Source: the human T2T-CHM13v2.0 reference genome, Homo sapiens. From it: a stretch of 64,000 bases of DNA. The notes under the pieces were generated by a model. It was not told the DNA's origin, did no database searches, and worked only from the letters and a program-made list of their open reading frames with translations. Each line of letters opens with the position of its first letter. Positions within the stretch are counted from its first letter, which is position 1. The position numbers and the translations under genes are program-made. The stretch lies in the NCBI RefSeq assembly GCF_009914755.1, contig NC_060937.1. One strand, given 5' to 3'. Below, piece by piece: positions 24,361-38,947 of the stretch.

Positions 24361-25451
24361 TCACTTTCTATTCTACCATATGTGTTGAAAAGACCTATTT
24401 TTCCCTAACTGGCAGTGAAACATCATTAAATATATGTACACATATAAACACACACACAATATAGCATGTACACTTAACACACATCCATGCATGGGTACTG
24501 AGAGAGCTTGGGCAAGTCAGGGAAGACCCTTATCTGAAGGACATACCCTTGGTGCCATTTGGGAGAACAAACTCCTGTTACTAGCATCACAACAAAAACA
24601 GGTGGCAAGCTTTAAAGATAAACTCAAGACAGCGAGTGAAACTTCAGCAAATACGTGTTAATATGACCATGAGTAAAAGGCCCTTCCTGGCCAGGCGCGG
24701 TGGCTCACGCGTGTAATATCAGCACTTTCGGAGGTCGAGGCAGGAGGATCACCCGAGATCAGGAGTTCGAGACCAGCCTGGCCAACATGGTGAAACCCTG
24801 TCTCCACTAAAAATACAAAAATTAGTTGGGCGTGGTGGTGGGCTCCTGTAATCCCACCTACTTGGGAGGCTGAGGCAGGAGAATCACCTGAACCCAGGAG
24901 GTGGAGGTTGCGGTGAGCCTAGATTGTGCCTTTGCACTCCAGCCAGGGTGTTAAGAGTGAAACTCCACCTCAAAAAAAAAAAAAAAAAAAAGACCCTTCC
25001 TAAGAACAGCACTGTAACTCATGAGTTATTACGCAGATGCATCTGTCCATCTACCCACCAACTCAGGTCCTCTCCATACACGCCTGTAAGTCACTGGGCT
25101 ACTGGGAAACTGCATGGGAACACCATGTTCGTGCAGCCTGTCCCCACAGCCATCACTCCTCCCACAGCTCCTGGCTGCCCATGGCACTTCCCTGCAGCAA
25201 ACTCAGCTGCTGACTTCATAAAAGGCACACAGCTGGACCTGTCTTCACTCATCTGCTTCAATTTACAACAGATTCATCCACAAAACTGAAGTGGTAGAAA
25301 CAGGTCTATTTGAATCCAGGCATGGTGGCTCATGCCTGTAATCCCAACACTTTGGAAGGCTTAGGCAGGAGGATTGCTTAAGCCCAGGAGTTTGAGACCA
25401 GCCTGGCTGACATGGTGAAACTCTGTCTCTACCAAAAGACTTTAAAAATTA

Positions 25452-25592
<141 letters not shown>

Positions 25593-26431
25593 CTATCTGA
25601 AAAGAAAAAAAAAAGAAAAGAAAAGAAGACAGGTCTTCCTGGGAGCACCTAGACAAAGGCCTTTGTAAAGATATATTACAAAGGAATATTTCTAGTTGCC
25701 TCTTTTCTTCAAAATCACAGTCAAGTAAGCTGGGCATGGTGGCTCACATCTGTAATCCCAGCAGTTTGGGAGGCCGAGGTGGGCAGATCACCTGAGGTTA
25801 GGAGTTTGAGACCAGCCTGCCCAACATGGTGAAACCCCATCTCTACTAAAAATACAAAAATTAGCCGGGTGTGGTGGCGCATGCCTGTAATCCCAGCTAC
25901 TTGGGAGCCTACCCAGGAGGCAGAGGTTGCAGTGAGCCGAGATTGTGCCAGTGCACGCCAGCCTGGGTGACAGAGCAAAACTCTGTCTCAGGAAAAAAAA
26001 AAAATATCACAGTCTAGTAAAAAGAAACGCAACTAAAAGAGCTGTCAGTTAAATACATTCCTCTCTAATGGCAGGACTAGTCTATAAGATTTGTTTTGTT
26101 TTTAATTTAGAGTTTTTTTAATGTTTAAACCTTGTGAAACATCAAATTATATGCTGAAGCTGTTACTTTCTGTCAAAAAAAGTGAGTTTTTAATATGAAA
26201 ATTCTGCTTAGGTTATTTTTTTTTTTTTAAAAAGCAAGTTTTATACATCTGCGTGAATTGTTTCCTTTAGCACTAGTCAAACAGACTCCATAACCTTCCA
26301 AAGAAGTGCCTTCATTTATTTATGGGGCTTAGGACAGGAAAAAAGCTCTGGAAAAGGGAAATTTCAAAATAGGGCTTCAGCAGCGGCCCAGGTGGAGTGA
26401 GTAGTTTTGATAAGGTCTGGGTGGGACTCAC

Positions 26432-26717
<286 letters not shown>

Positions 26718-26859
26718 CTACCTACCTGCGAGGTGGCTTTTGCAGCCTGGCAAACGCTCCCCAAGGCCACCATGCCTATGTGTACAGCCTTGTTGTTATT
26801 GTGGACAGTGTTCTCCCCTCAGAAGCTGACATTTTATACAGGTCACCAGATCAAATTTG

Positions 26860-27080
26860 GCAATGACTCGTTTTATAAGGTCAATATGTATTTACAATTA
26901 CTCACATTATCTTGAGTTCTCACCGCTGTTGTGTCCTTCCTGAATTTTCATGTCGCATTGGGTCAGCTTCTCTTCTGCCTTTGGAGTCCCTGTTTAATAT
27001 TACCTTTAGGGGCAGTCTGTCGGTAGCGTATTTTTCCAATTTTTGCTTTTGGAAGAAGGCTTTGCTTCAACCCAGTGGTG
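26860..27080 (-). mobile_element. Ancient L1M fragment
   Basis: Resembles antisense L1 ORF1-region consensus (...ttctgcct...tttaatatt...gggcagtctg.tggta...). Confidence 0.55.
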
Positions 27081-27081
27081 A

Positions 27082-27294
<213 letters not shown>

Positions 27295-27639
27295 TAGTAG
27301 AGGCGGAATTTCACCCTGCTGGCCAGGCTGGTCTCGATCTCCTGACCTTGTGATCCACCCGCCTCGGCCTCCCAAAGTTCTGCGATGACAGGTGTGAGCA
27401 ACTGTGCCCAGCCTTCCTCTCCTTTTTTTTTTTTTCCCAAAAGAAACGCGGAGTTGGAGACAGACTTATTAGCATTGAAGGGAGAGATCTGATGAAGAGA
27501 AATGGGGCCACATTGAGGCAGTGTCCTGGGAGGAGCTGTGGTTTTTACGTCTGTCGGTGTTAGGGGGAAAGATGTGGACCAGGGTGGTAGCCAGTGGGCT
27601 AAGGGTGAGGCTCCCACCTCACAGGGAGGTGGAGAGAAA

Positions 27640-28421
27640 GACATGGAGACAGAGAGACAGAGACAGAGAGGCAGAAACAGGCAGACCCACAGAGAGAGAG
27701 GGAAACAGAGATGAAGAGACAGAAACACACAGACAGACAGTGATAGAAAAAGGGAGACACAGAAATAGAGGGACAGATACAGAGATGGAGAGAAAGACAG
27801 AGACAGATAGAGAGACACTAAGAGAGACACAGAGAGAGAAAGAGATGGAGACAGAGAGACAGAGACAGAGAAGCAGAAACAGAGACAGATACACAGAGAG
27901 AGCGAGACATAGATGAAGAGACAGAAACACAGAGAGACAGTGATAGAAAGGGAGACACAGAAACAGAGGGACAGATACAGAGATGGAGAGAAAGACAGAG
28001 ACAGACAGAGAGACACTAAGAGAGACACAGAAAGAGATGGAGACAGAGAGACAGAGACAGGCAGAAACAGAGACAGACACACAGAGGGAGACAGAGATGA
28101 AGAGACAGAAACACACAGAGAGACAGTGATAGAAAGAGGGAGACACAGAAACAGAGGGACAGATACAGAGATGGAGAGAAAGACAGAGACAGACAGAGAG
28201 ACACTAAGAGAGACACAGAGAGAGAAAGAGATGGAGACAGAGAAGCAGAAACAGAGACAGACAGAGAGAGAGAGAGACAGAGATGAAGAGACAGCAACAC
28301 ACAGAGAGATAGTGATAGAAAGAGGGAGACACAGAAACAGAGGGACAGATACAAAGAAAGAGAGACACTAAGAGAGACACAGAGAGAGAAAGACTGACAT
28401 ATACATAGAAAGAGGGAGAGA
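27640..28421 (+). repeat. GA/GACA-rich array with ~185-200 bp higher-order unit, 4 copies
   Basis: gatgaagagacag recurs near 27710, 27912, 28096 and 28282; gacactaagagagacac also recurs 4 times. Confidence 0.9.
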
Positions 28422-28484
28422 GGCCGGGCACGGTGGCTCACACCTGTAATCCCAGCACTTTGGGAGGCCGAGGCAGGCGGATCA

Positions 28485-28828
<344 letters not shown>

Positions 28829-29021
28829 CTAAAATAGGGAGAGATGGGGAAGGAAATCCTTGAGGGAGCCCCAGGCATTAGTCCAACCAGGAGCACTAAG
28901 GGCCAGAACCAGAACATGTTACTTGGCCTGAGTGTGACTTCTGGTGTAAGAAAAACAGACCCTGAAGGTCTTTGTGAAACTTTAGTTTCTCCTTCTAAAG
29001 AAATGCCTGTTTATTTTACAG

Positions 29022-29129
29022 ATGCAAAGGGTAACCACATTAATTCCAAGGCAGTTTTCCAAAGTATTATAATGATCCCAACAAGAAAATGGCATTTCAG
29101 TTCAAATGTTACTGAGTTCCAGGGAAACG
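29022..29129 (+). pseudogene. Exon remnant, LamG domain I (WH strand)
   Basis: ttattttacag|...|gttaga, 108 nt, phase 1-1, open: DAKGNHINSKAVFQSIIMIPTRKWHFSSNVTEFQGN. Confidence 0.6.
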
Positions 29130-29387
29130 GTTAGATACCCAGGCTGTGGAACTGGGTTGGATGCAGGACTCAGGATCCAGAGACAAGGAAGGCAGCATCA
29201 TAAGTCAGCCACCCATAAATGCAATATTATAGTAGTCCCAATTTCTTTTTGAGGTTTGTTCCAATCAACAGCAACTGAAACACAACTCAGAGTAAGTTAG
29301 GCAGAGAAAGAAAATTGTTGAACTAATATAACTGTGAGATCCTATGATGGAGCTGACCTCAGGATTCCCAAGGACTTAAGAAATCTC

Positions 29388-29856
29388 TAGATAGATAGAT
29401 AGATAGATAGAGACATAGATAGAGAAAAAAATAGATATAGATAGAATAAATAGATGATAAATACATAGGATAGATAAATAGCTAGATGATAGGTAATATA
29501 TATAGATATGTAGATGTTTAATGGATACATAAAATAGGTAGATAAATAGGATGGATAGATACATAATTGATAGATAACTAGGACAGATAGATACATGATA
29601 GATACATTGATACACAGGATAGATAAATGATAGGTAGATAGATAAGATGGATAGATACATAGATAAATAGATTAGATAGGAGAGATGATAGATAGGTAGA
29701 TAGATAGATAGATAGTTAGAATAAGATGGTTGATAGATAGTCACATAGAATAAGAAGGATGATAGATGATAGAGAGAGGGATAGAAAGATAGGATAGATG
29801 ATGGGTAGATGGTTAGATAGATAGGATAGATGATAGATAGATAATAGATAGATGGA
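29388..29856 (+). repeat. Degenerate (GATA)n array inside MLT1-like remnants
   Basis: Direct inspection. Confidence 0.9.
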
Positions 29857-31009
29857 ATAAATATCGTATAACTGCATAAACAAATGTATGGAAATAAGCA
29901 AATAACCATGACTTAAATAAGATGGAAGTTTGTTTCTCTCTGATATGATAGGAGGCCAGAACAAGGGGTCCAGGTTATTGTACAGATTCAAGATGTCAGG
30001 CATTTTGAATGTTGTTGCTCCACTATTTTAGTATGTGACTTTCTACTCATGGTTCAATATGGTGGCATGGTCTCCAGCCCTCACATCTCCATTGCAGCTA
30101 GCAGCAAAAGGAGAGGGAAGAGTTCACATTCACTTTTTTACAAAATTAAAGAGATTTTTATGGTCTTAATACATTCCTACTTACTTCTCATGAGCTCAAA
30201 GTTCATCATACAGTCACACAGAGCTGCAAGGGAGTCTAGGAAAAACAGTCTCAAAAAGTAGAGGTGGACAGCTTCTCAGGGATCTCCCAAGTTCTGATGA
30301 CTCTCTCAACTCTCTGCTTCTCTCTGGGTTCCAGACTAGATTCTCTCAGAAAAAGTCTTGGAATATAGGATGGAAAAAAAAAATCCAGCTGCTGCAGCTA
30401 TAGATTCACAGTCTGAGCTTCTCCCACCACCCTCTCAGTCTTTGCTGATCAAATTCAGGGGAAGGTTAACTAGCCTGTCTTGAACCATATGTCTATCTCT
30501 GGGATAATCTCTGCACCTGAGAAAGGCTGGCTTCTCAGAGCAGATGATTTTGTTGTTGTTGTTGTTAAACTTTAAAAGATGAATCAGATGTTACAATGAC
30601 TCAGGGCTGGGCAGGCAAACTCAGGGAACTAGGAAATTGATGATGGAGTCAGAGATTGAGGTGCTGGGTGTGATGTGATGAAGTACAGACAGAGAGGCCA
30701 CATCTTTCCATGTGTGAATTTATGAAAGATTTCAGACACTTAGGTAAGGATCCTGAACTATTCTCTGCAGTTGATGAGAAACCACCAACATTTTGTGACC
30801 AGTCATGTCAACATTTATGCTTATACATATTAAATAGGTCTAAATGTGTTTAGACCTATTACCTTGGAACCCATGCATAGGATGGATGAGAAGGGATGGC
30901 ACTGAAGATGGAAGCCTGGAGACTCTGGCATGGGATGGATGGTGGTAATGGAGTCTTTGAACCTGGAGCATGGAGTGGGAAGGAAGAAGTGAGAAGGCAT
31001 TCAAAGTCA

Positions 31010-31379
<370 letters not shown>

Positions 31380-32189
31380 TCACCACAGAAGCAAACTGTT
31401 GTGTCTCTTTGATGTTGAGGGAAAAATCAAACGTGACTTCAGAGCTCTAACCTGAAAGGTTGAGTGGGAAACAAACTCCCAATAAAAGAACATAAATTAT
31501 GTCTGGGGGAGAAAAGAAGACAAAGTTGAGTTCAGCCTTTGCTTTATTGATTCTTCTTCTGAAGGAGGTTCTTCTAAAACAGGGAGTCACATTTAGCCTT
31601 TGCTCGTTCTTCTCCTCTTCCCAAAGGGGTTCTTCTAAATGTTGGGCTGAACTAAGGCTCAAACATAAGCTTCCTTCTCTCTCCAGGGGATCTCACTCAG
31701 CCCCAGGACTTGACACATCCACTCAAAATCCTAAATTCCCATCTCTGGCTTTGACATCTTTTCTCTACTTCAGATTCATGCATGTAACTGTATCCTCAAC
31801 TTCTCAGCTCAGATAAATGATTAGGGCTTCCAAGTTAACCCATCCCAAACCATCTGGAAAGCCTTCACTGGATTCACCACCACCCCTGAGAAGTGTTTTG
31901 GCAGAAGACTTTGGAAACTTTGAACTCTTCTTTCTCTCATCTCCCCCTTATACAATTCATTGGCAAGTCTCTTGAATGACCTCAAATATTTGTCAAATTG
32001 GATCAGATTTTCCTGCCTTTGCTTTCTTCACCCTCATGCATGACATATGTCATCTGGATCATAGCCACATCCTCTTGATTGATCTCTTGGCTTCTGTCCT
32101 GGTTTCTGCTTTGATCCTGGAATTATTCTTAAGCAGAGAAATCTTTCAAAAATAGAGATGATTTTTAGCTTGTGGTCCTCATCCCTTGC

Positions 32190-32601
32190 TAATGACTAAA
32201 TAGCAAAGTTTCCCAAAATTTGTATGTTGAAGGCCTAACCCCTACTAGTCATGTCCCTCCAAAATGCACCATATGGAAACCCTAATCCCCAATGGGATGA
32301 TATTAGGAGGTGAAGTCTCTGGAGGTGATGAGGTTTAGATGAGGTCATGAGGATGGGTCCTTCATGACGGGATTAGTATCCTTATAAGAAGAGCGAGAGA
32401 CACAAAAGTGCTCTCTCTCTCTCTCTCTTTCTCTCTCTGAACGCACCATCTGTGAACCAGCAAGAGGACCCACTCCAGAAAATAAATCTGCCATACCTTG
32501 ATCTCGGACTTCCCCATCTCCAGAACTGTGAGAAATCAATGGCTGTTACTTAAGCCACCCAGTCTATAATTTTTGTTATGGCAACCCGAGCTGAATAAGA
32601 C
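32190..32601. mobile_element. MLT1-family LTR
   Basis: ggtttagatgaggtcatgagg...gggattagt.tccttataagaagag...gaataagaca. Confidence 0.75.
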
Positions 32602-32941
32602 ATCCCTCATTGCCACTCAAAACCCGCCAATAATTTCACATCGAAGTCAGAATACAATCTAACTACTTCCCTATGGCTTCTTTGTAACTCTGTCCCTGGT
32701 CACTTGCTCCAACTGGGACTCTGTGGTCCCAATAAAATAACGTAAATTATGTCTGGGGAAGAAAAGAAGACAAAGTTGAGTTCAGCCTTTGCTTTACTGA
32801 TTCTTCTTCTGAAGGGGGTTCTTCTAAAACAAGGAGTCATCACGTTTAGCCTTTGCTTGTTCTTCTTTGCTGCCCCCTTGGGCATCCCCCCAGTCATGCC
32901 AAATTCATTCCTGCTGCAGACCTCCAGTACATTACTCCTTC

Positions 32942-33470
32942 TGTGAGTGTCCTCTGGCCGCCATCACCAATGATCACATTCGTATTGGCTTAAAGCAACA
33001 CAAATGTATTGTCTTACAGTGTTGTAGTTTTGAAGCCCACCCTGGGTCTCACTGGCCTAAAACCAAGGTGTCAGCAAAACTTCCCTCTTGATGCAAGTTC
33101 TGGGGGAGAATCAGTTTCCTTGCCATTTCCTGCTTCTAGGGGAATGTTTCTAGAGTATTTCTTGGCTCCTGGACCCTTCCTTGAACTTCAGAGCCAGTAG
33201 TGCAGCATCTTCTAATTTCTCTGTGACTCTGACCTTTGCTTTTGTCCTAACATCACCTCCTCTGGCTCTGGCACTCCTGCCTCCCTCTTACAAAGATCCT
33301 GTGATGATCTTAGACCCAGCTGGATAATCCAGGGTCATTTCATCTCATGATTCTTAAACTAATCACATCTGCAAAATCTTTTTAGCCATGACAGGTTTTT
33401 ACAGATTTCTAGAATTAGGATGTGGATATTTTTTTGAGGGGGGGAAGGGGGTGCTTACTCTGTCAACCAC
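32942..33470. mobile_element. MLT1C/D-like LTR whose terminus seeds the minisatellite
   Basis: ggcttaaagcaacacaaatgtattgtcttacag...aaaccaaggtgtcagc...cacatctgcaaa. Confidence 0.75.
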
Positions 33471-34622
33471 ATGGGGATTAGGATGTAGACATCCTTGGGG
33501 CCATTATCCTGTCTGCTACCTAGTATTAGGACATGGACATCTTTGGGACCATTATTCTCTGTATCACATGAGGATTAGGACATGGGTATCTTTGGGACCA
33601 TTATTCTGTCTCCCACATGGGGATTAGGATGTGGACATCTTTGGGGCCATTATTCTGTCTGCCACGTGGGGATAAGGATGTGTACATCTTTGAGGCCATT
33701 ATTCTGTCTACCACATGGGGATTAGTATGTGGACATCTTTGGGGTCATTATTCTGTCTACCACATGGGGATTAGGACGTGGACATCTTTGGGGCCATTAT
33801 TCTGTCTGCCACGTGGGGATTAGGATGTGTACATCTTTGGGGCCATTATTCTGTCTATCACATGGGGATTAGGACGTGGACATCTTTGGGGCCATTATTC
33901 TGTCTGCCACATGGGGATTAGGATGTGTACATCTTTGGGGCCATTATTCTGTCTATCACATGAGGATTAGGACGTGGACATCTTTGGGGCCATTATTCTG
34001 TCTGCCACATGGGATTAGGACATGGACATATTTGAGGCCATTATTCTGTCTACCAAATGGAGATTAGGATGTGGACATCTTTGGGGCCATTATTCTGTCT
34101 CCCACATGAGGATTAGGATGTGGACATCTTTGAGGCCATTATTCTGTCTCTCACATGGGATTAGGAGGTGAAGATCTTTGGGAACATTATTGTTTTCACC
34201 ACATGGGATTAGGACATGGACATCTTTGGGGCCATTATTCTGTCTACCACACGGGATTAGGATGTGGACATCTTTGGGACCACTATTCTGTCTACCTCAT
34301 GGGGATTAGGATATGGACATCTCTGGGACCATTATTCTGTCTACCACATGGGAAATAGGATGTTGGTCACATCTTTAGGATCATTATTCTGTCTCCCACA
34401 TGGGGATTAGGATGTGGACATCTTTGGGGCCATTATTCTGTCTACCACATGGGGATTAGGACATGGACATCTCTGGGGACATTATTCTGTCTACCACATG
34501 GGGAATAGGATATTGGTAACATCTTTAGGGCCATTATTCTGTCTACCACATGGGGATTAGGACATGGATATCTTTGGGGCCATTATTCTGTCTACCACGA
34601 GATAATTAGAACTTGGACATCG
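33414..34622 (+). repeat. 48-49 bp minisatellite, about 25 copies
   Basis: Unit ggggattaggatgtggacatctttggggccattattctgtctaccacat. Confidence 0.95.
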
Positions 34623-35557
34623 TTGGTGAAATCACTTTGTCTTTGTCCTTTCTTATTCTTAGAATTCTAGTGACAAGCGTCTTCTTCTTCCTCAACTTCT
34701 TCTTCCTCAGCGTTCCTATGGGGCCTCCAACACTCACCAGACAGCTCCCTGACTGCATTACCCTAGATTGTATTTGGCCAAGATTCTCGGGTTTTTCTTG
34801 GTTTCTCCAAGCAGGATGGAAGCTTTAGAGGGCAGAGTGTTTGTTACTCTTTCTTATTCTAATTGTGTATTCTTATTTATTGACGTGTCTCCAGCTTTCA
34901 AGGCAGATTCTCACCCATTAGGTCTTCTATATACAATTAAATTTACCTAGAAAGTATTTCCTTCTTATTTAAAACTTTTTAAAAGTAAATTCATGTATAC
35001 ATATGTAACCAACCTGCATGTCGTGCACATGTACCCTAAAACTTAAAGTATAATAATAATAAAATTTTAAAAAAAGAAAGATAACAACCAAAAAACAACA
35101 AAAAAGTAAATTCCAAAATTTCTATATCACATTACAAATTCACATGCCACCATGAAGAATACATTTGCAAAATAAATGATGTCTTGAGACGAAATGAGTT
35201 TTCAATGAAGATTTTAGAGACTTCATTTTTATTTTTATTTTTTAGACAGAGTCTCACTCTGTCACCCTGGCTGTAGTGCAGTGGCACGATCTCGGCTCAC
35301 CACAACCTCTGCCTCCCGCGTTCAAGCAATTCTCTGCCTCAGCCTCCCGAGCAGATGAGATTACAGGAACCCTCCACCTTGTCCGGCTAATTTTTGTATT
35401 TTTAGTAGACACAGGTTTCACCTTCTTGGCCAGGCTGGTCTTGAACTCCTGACCTCAGGTAATCCCCCCACCTCGGCCTCCCAGAGTGCTAGGATTACAG
35501 ATGTGAGCCACCGTGCCTGGCCGAGACTTTTTAATACATGCTTTGGTTCTAATAAAG

Positions 35558-35730
35558 TTCCCCCTTGAGCTGTTTGGACAGATGACAGGGAAGAAATCAT
35601 TTACAATTCTCTTAACAAAACCCCCGTAAATAATAACCCATTTCCCCCCAAATAGAAAAGGGAACTATTTCACCCTGCTCTTTGAGGAACTTGAATAAAT
35701 AGTAAATGAAGTTCTGTCTGTACAGGAAGG
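35558..35730 (+). pseudogene. Exon remnant, LamG domain I C-terminal part
   Basis: aataaag|...|gtgggt; [28 protein letters not shown], frameshift, then GNYFTLLFEELE*IVNEVLSVQE, resembling the LYVDG...YFxGxIDELxIxNxALSxxE pattern. Confidence 0.6.
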
Positions 35731-35834
35731 GTGGGTACTTGGCATTACATCTAGACAAGTAAAGACACAAGTGTTTTCTTCCAAATGAATGACATGTTTA
35801 AAAACCATCATCACCACCCTCTCTGTGATTACAG

Positions 35835-36954
35835 GTTTTGCGTGCCTTTTAACCACTGGGTGCTAGAAGCAAATTTCCATGTGAACACACCCTCCTTCTT
35901 CTTCTCCTCCTGCTCCTCCCGCTCCTCCTCCTCCTTCTTTTCTCCTTCTCCTTCTCCTTCTTCTTCTTCTTCCTCTTCTTCCCCTTCCTCCTCTCCTTCT
36001 CTTTCTTCTCCTTGTTCTACCTCTTCTCCCTCTTCCTCTTCTTCCTCCTCTCCTTCTTCTTCTTCTTTTTCCCCTTCCCCTTCCTCCTCCTTCTCCTCCT
36101 CCTCCTCCTTCTCCTCCTCCTCCTTCTCCTCCTCCTCCTTCTCCTCCTCCTCCTCCTTCTCCTCCTCCTCCTTCTCCTCCTCCTCCTTCTCCTCCTCCTC
36201 CTCTTCTTCTTCTCCTTCTCCTTCTCCTTCTCCTTCTCCTTCTTCTTCTTTTTCTTCTTCTTCTTCTTCTTCTTCTTCTTCTTCTTCTTCTTCTTCTTCT
36301 TCTTCTTCTTCTTCTTCTTCTTCTTCTTCTCCTTCTCCTTCTCCTTCTCCTTCTCCTTCTCCTCCTTCTCCTTCTCCTTCTTCACTTCAAGTTATGGTAT
36401 ACATTTGCAGAACGTGCAGGTTTGTTACATAGGTATACATGTGCCATGGTGGTTTGCTGCACCTATCAACCCATCATCTAGGTTTTAAGTCCTGCCTGCA
36501 TTATGTATTTGTCCTAATGCTGTCCCTCCCCTTTCCCCCAACCCCCAGACAGGCCCCAGTGTGTTATGTTACCCTCTCTGTGTCCATGTGTTCTCATTGT
36601 TCAACTCCCTCTTATGAGTGAGAACATGCGGTGTTTGGTTTTCTGTTCCTGTGTTAGTTTGCTGAGAATGATGGCTTCCAGCTTCATGCATGTCCCTGCA
36701 AAGGACATGAATGCATCCCTTTTTATGGCTGCATAGTATTCCATGGTGTCTATGTGCCACATTTTCTTTATCCAGTTTATCACTGATGGGCATTTGGGTT
36801 GGTTCCAAGTCTTTGCTGTTGTGAATAGGAGCACATCCTCCTGATTCAACAATGAGATCATCGTCCACTGTTCTGTTCAGGACTACGGAAAGGTCCCAGG
36901 CTGCTAAGACAATCTCGAATTCTCTCAACACCCCACAGCTTGTCAATACTGGAG
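35835..36954 (+). pseudogene. Exon interrupted by an L1 insertion (exon halves 35835-35896 and 36843-36954)
   Basis: ctctctgtgattacag| acceptor and |gtattc donor. Removing the insert gives one frame: FCVPFNHWVLEANFHVNTPS*FNNEIIVHCSVQDYGKVPGC*...CQYWR; a shifted frame reads AAKTISNSLNTPQLVNTG. Confidence 0.6.
35897..36828 (-). mobile_element. 5'-truncated L1PA 3' end (36383-36828) with tail expanded into (CTT/CCT)n (35897-36382)
   Basis: L1PA 3'UTR consensus; flanked by gaacacaccctcct and gagcacatcctcct. Confidence 0.9.
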
Positions 36955-37387
36955 GTATTCTGGTGATTTTTTTTTTTTTGGAAAGTGGCTATTTATATAT
37001 CACAAGGTTTCTTGATTACAAAAGCAGTCAACTGGCCAGGTGCAGTGGCTCATGCCTGTAATCCCAGCACTTTGGGAGGCCAAGGCTGGTGGATCATGAG
37101 GTCAGGAGATCGAGACCAGCCTGGCCAACATGGTGAAACCCTGTCTCTACTAAAAATACAAAAATTAGCCAGGCATGGTGGTCATCCTTTTTTACGGCTG
37201 CATAGTATTCCATGCATATGTGGCACATTTTCTTTAAGGGTGAAGGTTGGGAGGAGGGAAAGGATCAGAAAAAAATAACTTATTGTGTACAAAGCTTTGT
37301 ACCTGGGTGATAAAATAATCTGTACAACAAACCCCTATGACATGAGTTTACCTATATAACAAACCCACACATGTACCCCTAGACCTA

Positions 37388-37579
<192 letters not shown>

Positions 37580-37841
37580 CTACCTACCTGCTCTCTTTCC
37601 CCATTCCTGTTACATAGATTACTTCTTACCTCCCCAGGTACACTGGAAGGTCAGGGTCTTCCCTTCTTCCTTCTATTTAAATAAAACAATATGAGAAAAC
37701 TGCTTGACAAGTGGTTCCAAGCATCAGTGGGGTGAAAAAACAATATTCTTCATGATGTGGGTAACACCAGGAAAAAAAATCAGTGTCTCTTGTCCATAGG
37801 TTCTCATCATTTAGCTCTCACTTTTATTTTTAATTAATTAA

Positions 37842-37982
<141 letters not shown>

Positions 37983-38947
37983 TAACTTTTGTATTTTCAG
38001 TAGAGACAGGACTTCACCATATTGGTCAGGCTGGTCTAGAACTCCTGTCCTCAAATGATCTGCCCTCCTCGGCCTCCCAGAGTGCTGGAATTACAGGCAT
38101 GAGCCACTGTGCCCAGCTGGTAACGCTCTTTCATGATAGGATCTTTATTTTTAAATTTATTTATTTATTTTGAGACTGAGTCCCACTCTGCCGCCCAGGC
38201 TGGAGTACAGTGGCGCGATCTCGGCTCACTGCAACCTTCACCACCCAGGTTCAAGTGAGTCTTCTGCCTCAGTGCCCCCCAAGTGTCTAGGATTACAGGC
38301 ACGTGCCACCAAGCCCAGCTAATTTTTGTATTTTTAGGAGAAATGAGGTTTCATCATGTTGGCCAGGCTGGTCTCAAACTCCTGACCTTAAGTGATCCAC
38401 CCACCTTGGCCTCCCAATGTGATGGAATTATAAGTGTGAGCCACCACACCCAGCTGGCTCCCACTTTTAAATGAAAACGTGTGGTATTTAGTTTTCTGTT
38501 CCTGCATTGGTTTGCTAAGCATACCATAGCTCCAGCTGTGTTCCTGCAAAGGAAATGAGCTCATACTTTTTTATGGCTGCATAGTATTCCATGCATATGT
38601 GGCACATTTTCTTTAAGGGTGCAGGTTGGGAGGAGGAAATGGATCAGAAAAAAATAACTTATTGTGTACAAAGTTTGTACCTGGGTGACAAAATAATCTG
38701 TACAACAAACCCCTATGACATGAGTTTACCTATATAACAAACCCGCACAGGTACCCCTGGACCTAAAATAAAGTGTTTTTGTTTGTTTGTTTGTTTGTTT
38801 TTGTTGTGTTTGTATGTTTGTTTGAGATGGAGTCTCTGCCTTTGTTGCTCAGGCCAGAGTACAGTGGTGCAATCTTGGCTCACTGCAACCTCCACCTCCC
38901 AGAAAAAGAAAGCAAATACGGCAAACAGCATCAGCTTTTTAGAAGAA

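Noticed and set aside
27010-27077. AG/GT-bounded segment reading GSLSVAYFSNFCFWKKALLQPS, superficially like a LamG C-terminus
   Set aside because: It lies in sequence resembling antisense old L1. It also shows that short LamG-like motifs can arise by chance.
34811-34950. AG-bounded candidate exon
   Set aside because: Matches an L2 3'-end pattern; no motif support.
35785-36488. Poly-Ser/Leu/Phe/Lys/Arg ORFs
   Set aside because: Translation of the (CTT/CCT)n L1 tail.
36843-36954. Resemblance of TVLFRTTER...NTPQ to a cytokine-receptor (IL3RA-like) fibronectin strand
   Set aside because: No WSxWS motif or other receptor exons; flanking exons fit LamG better.
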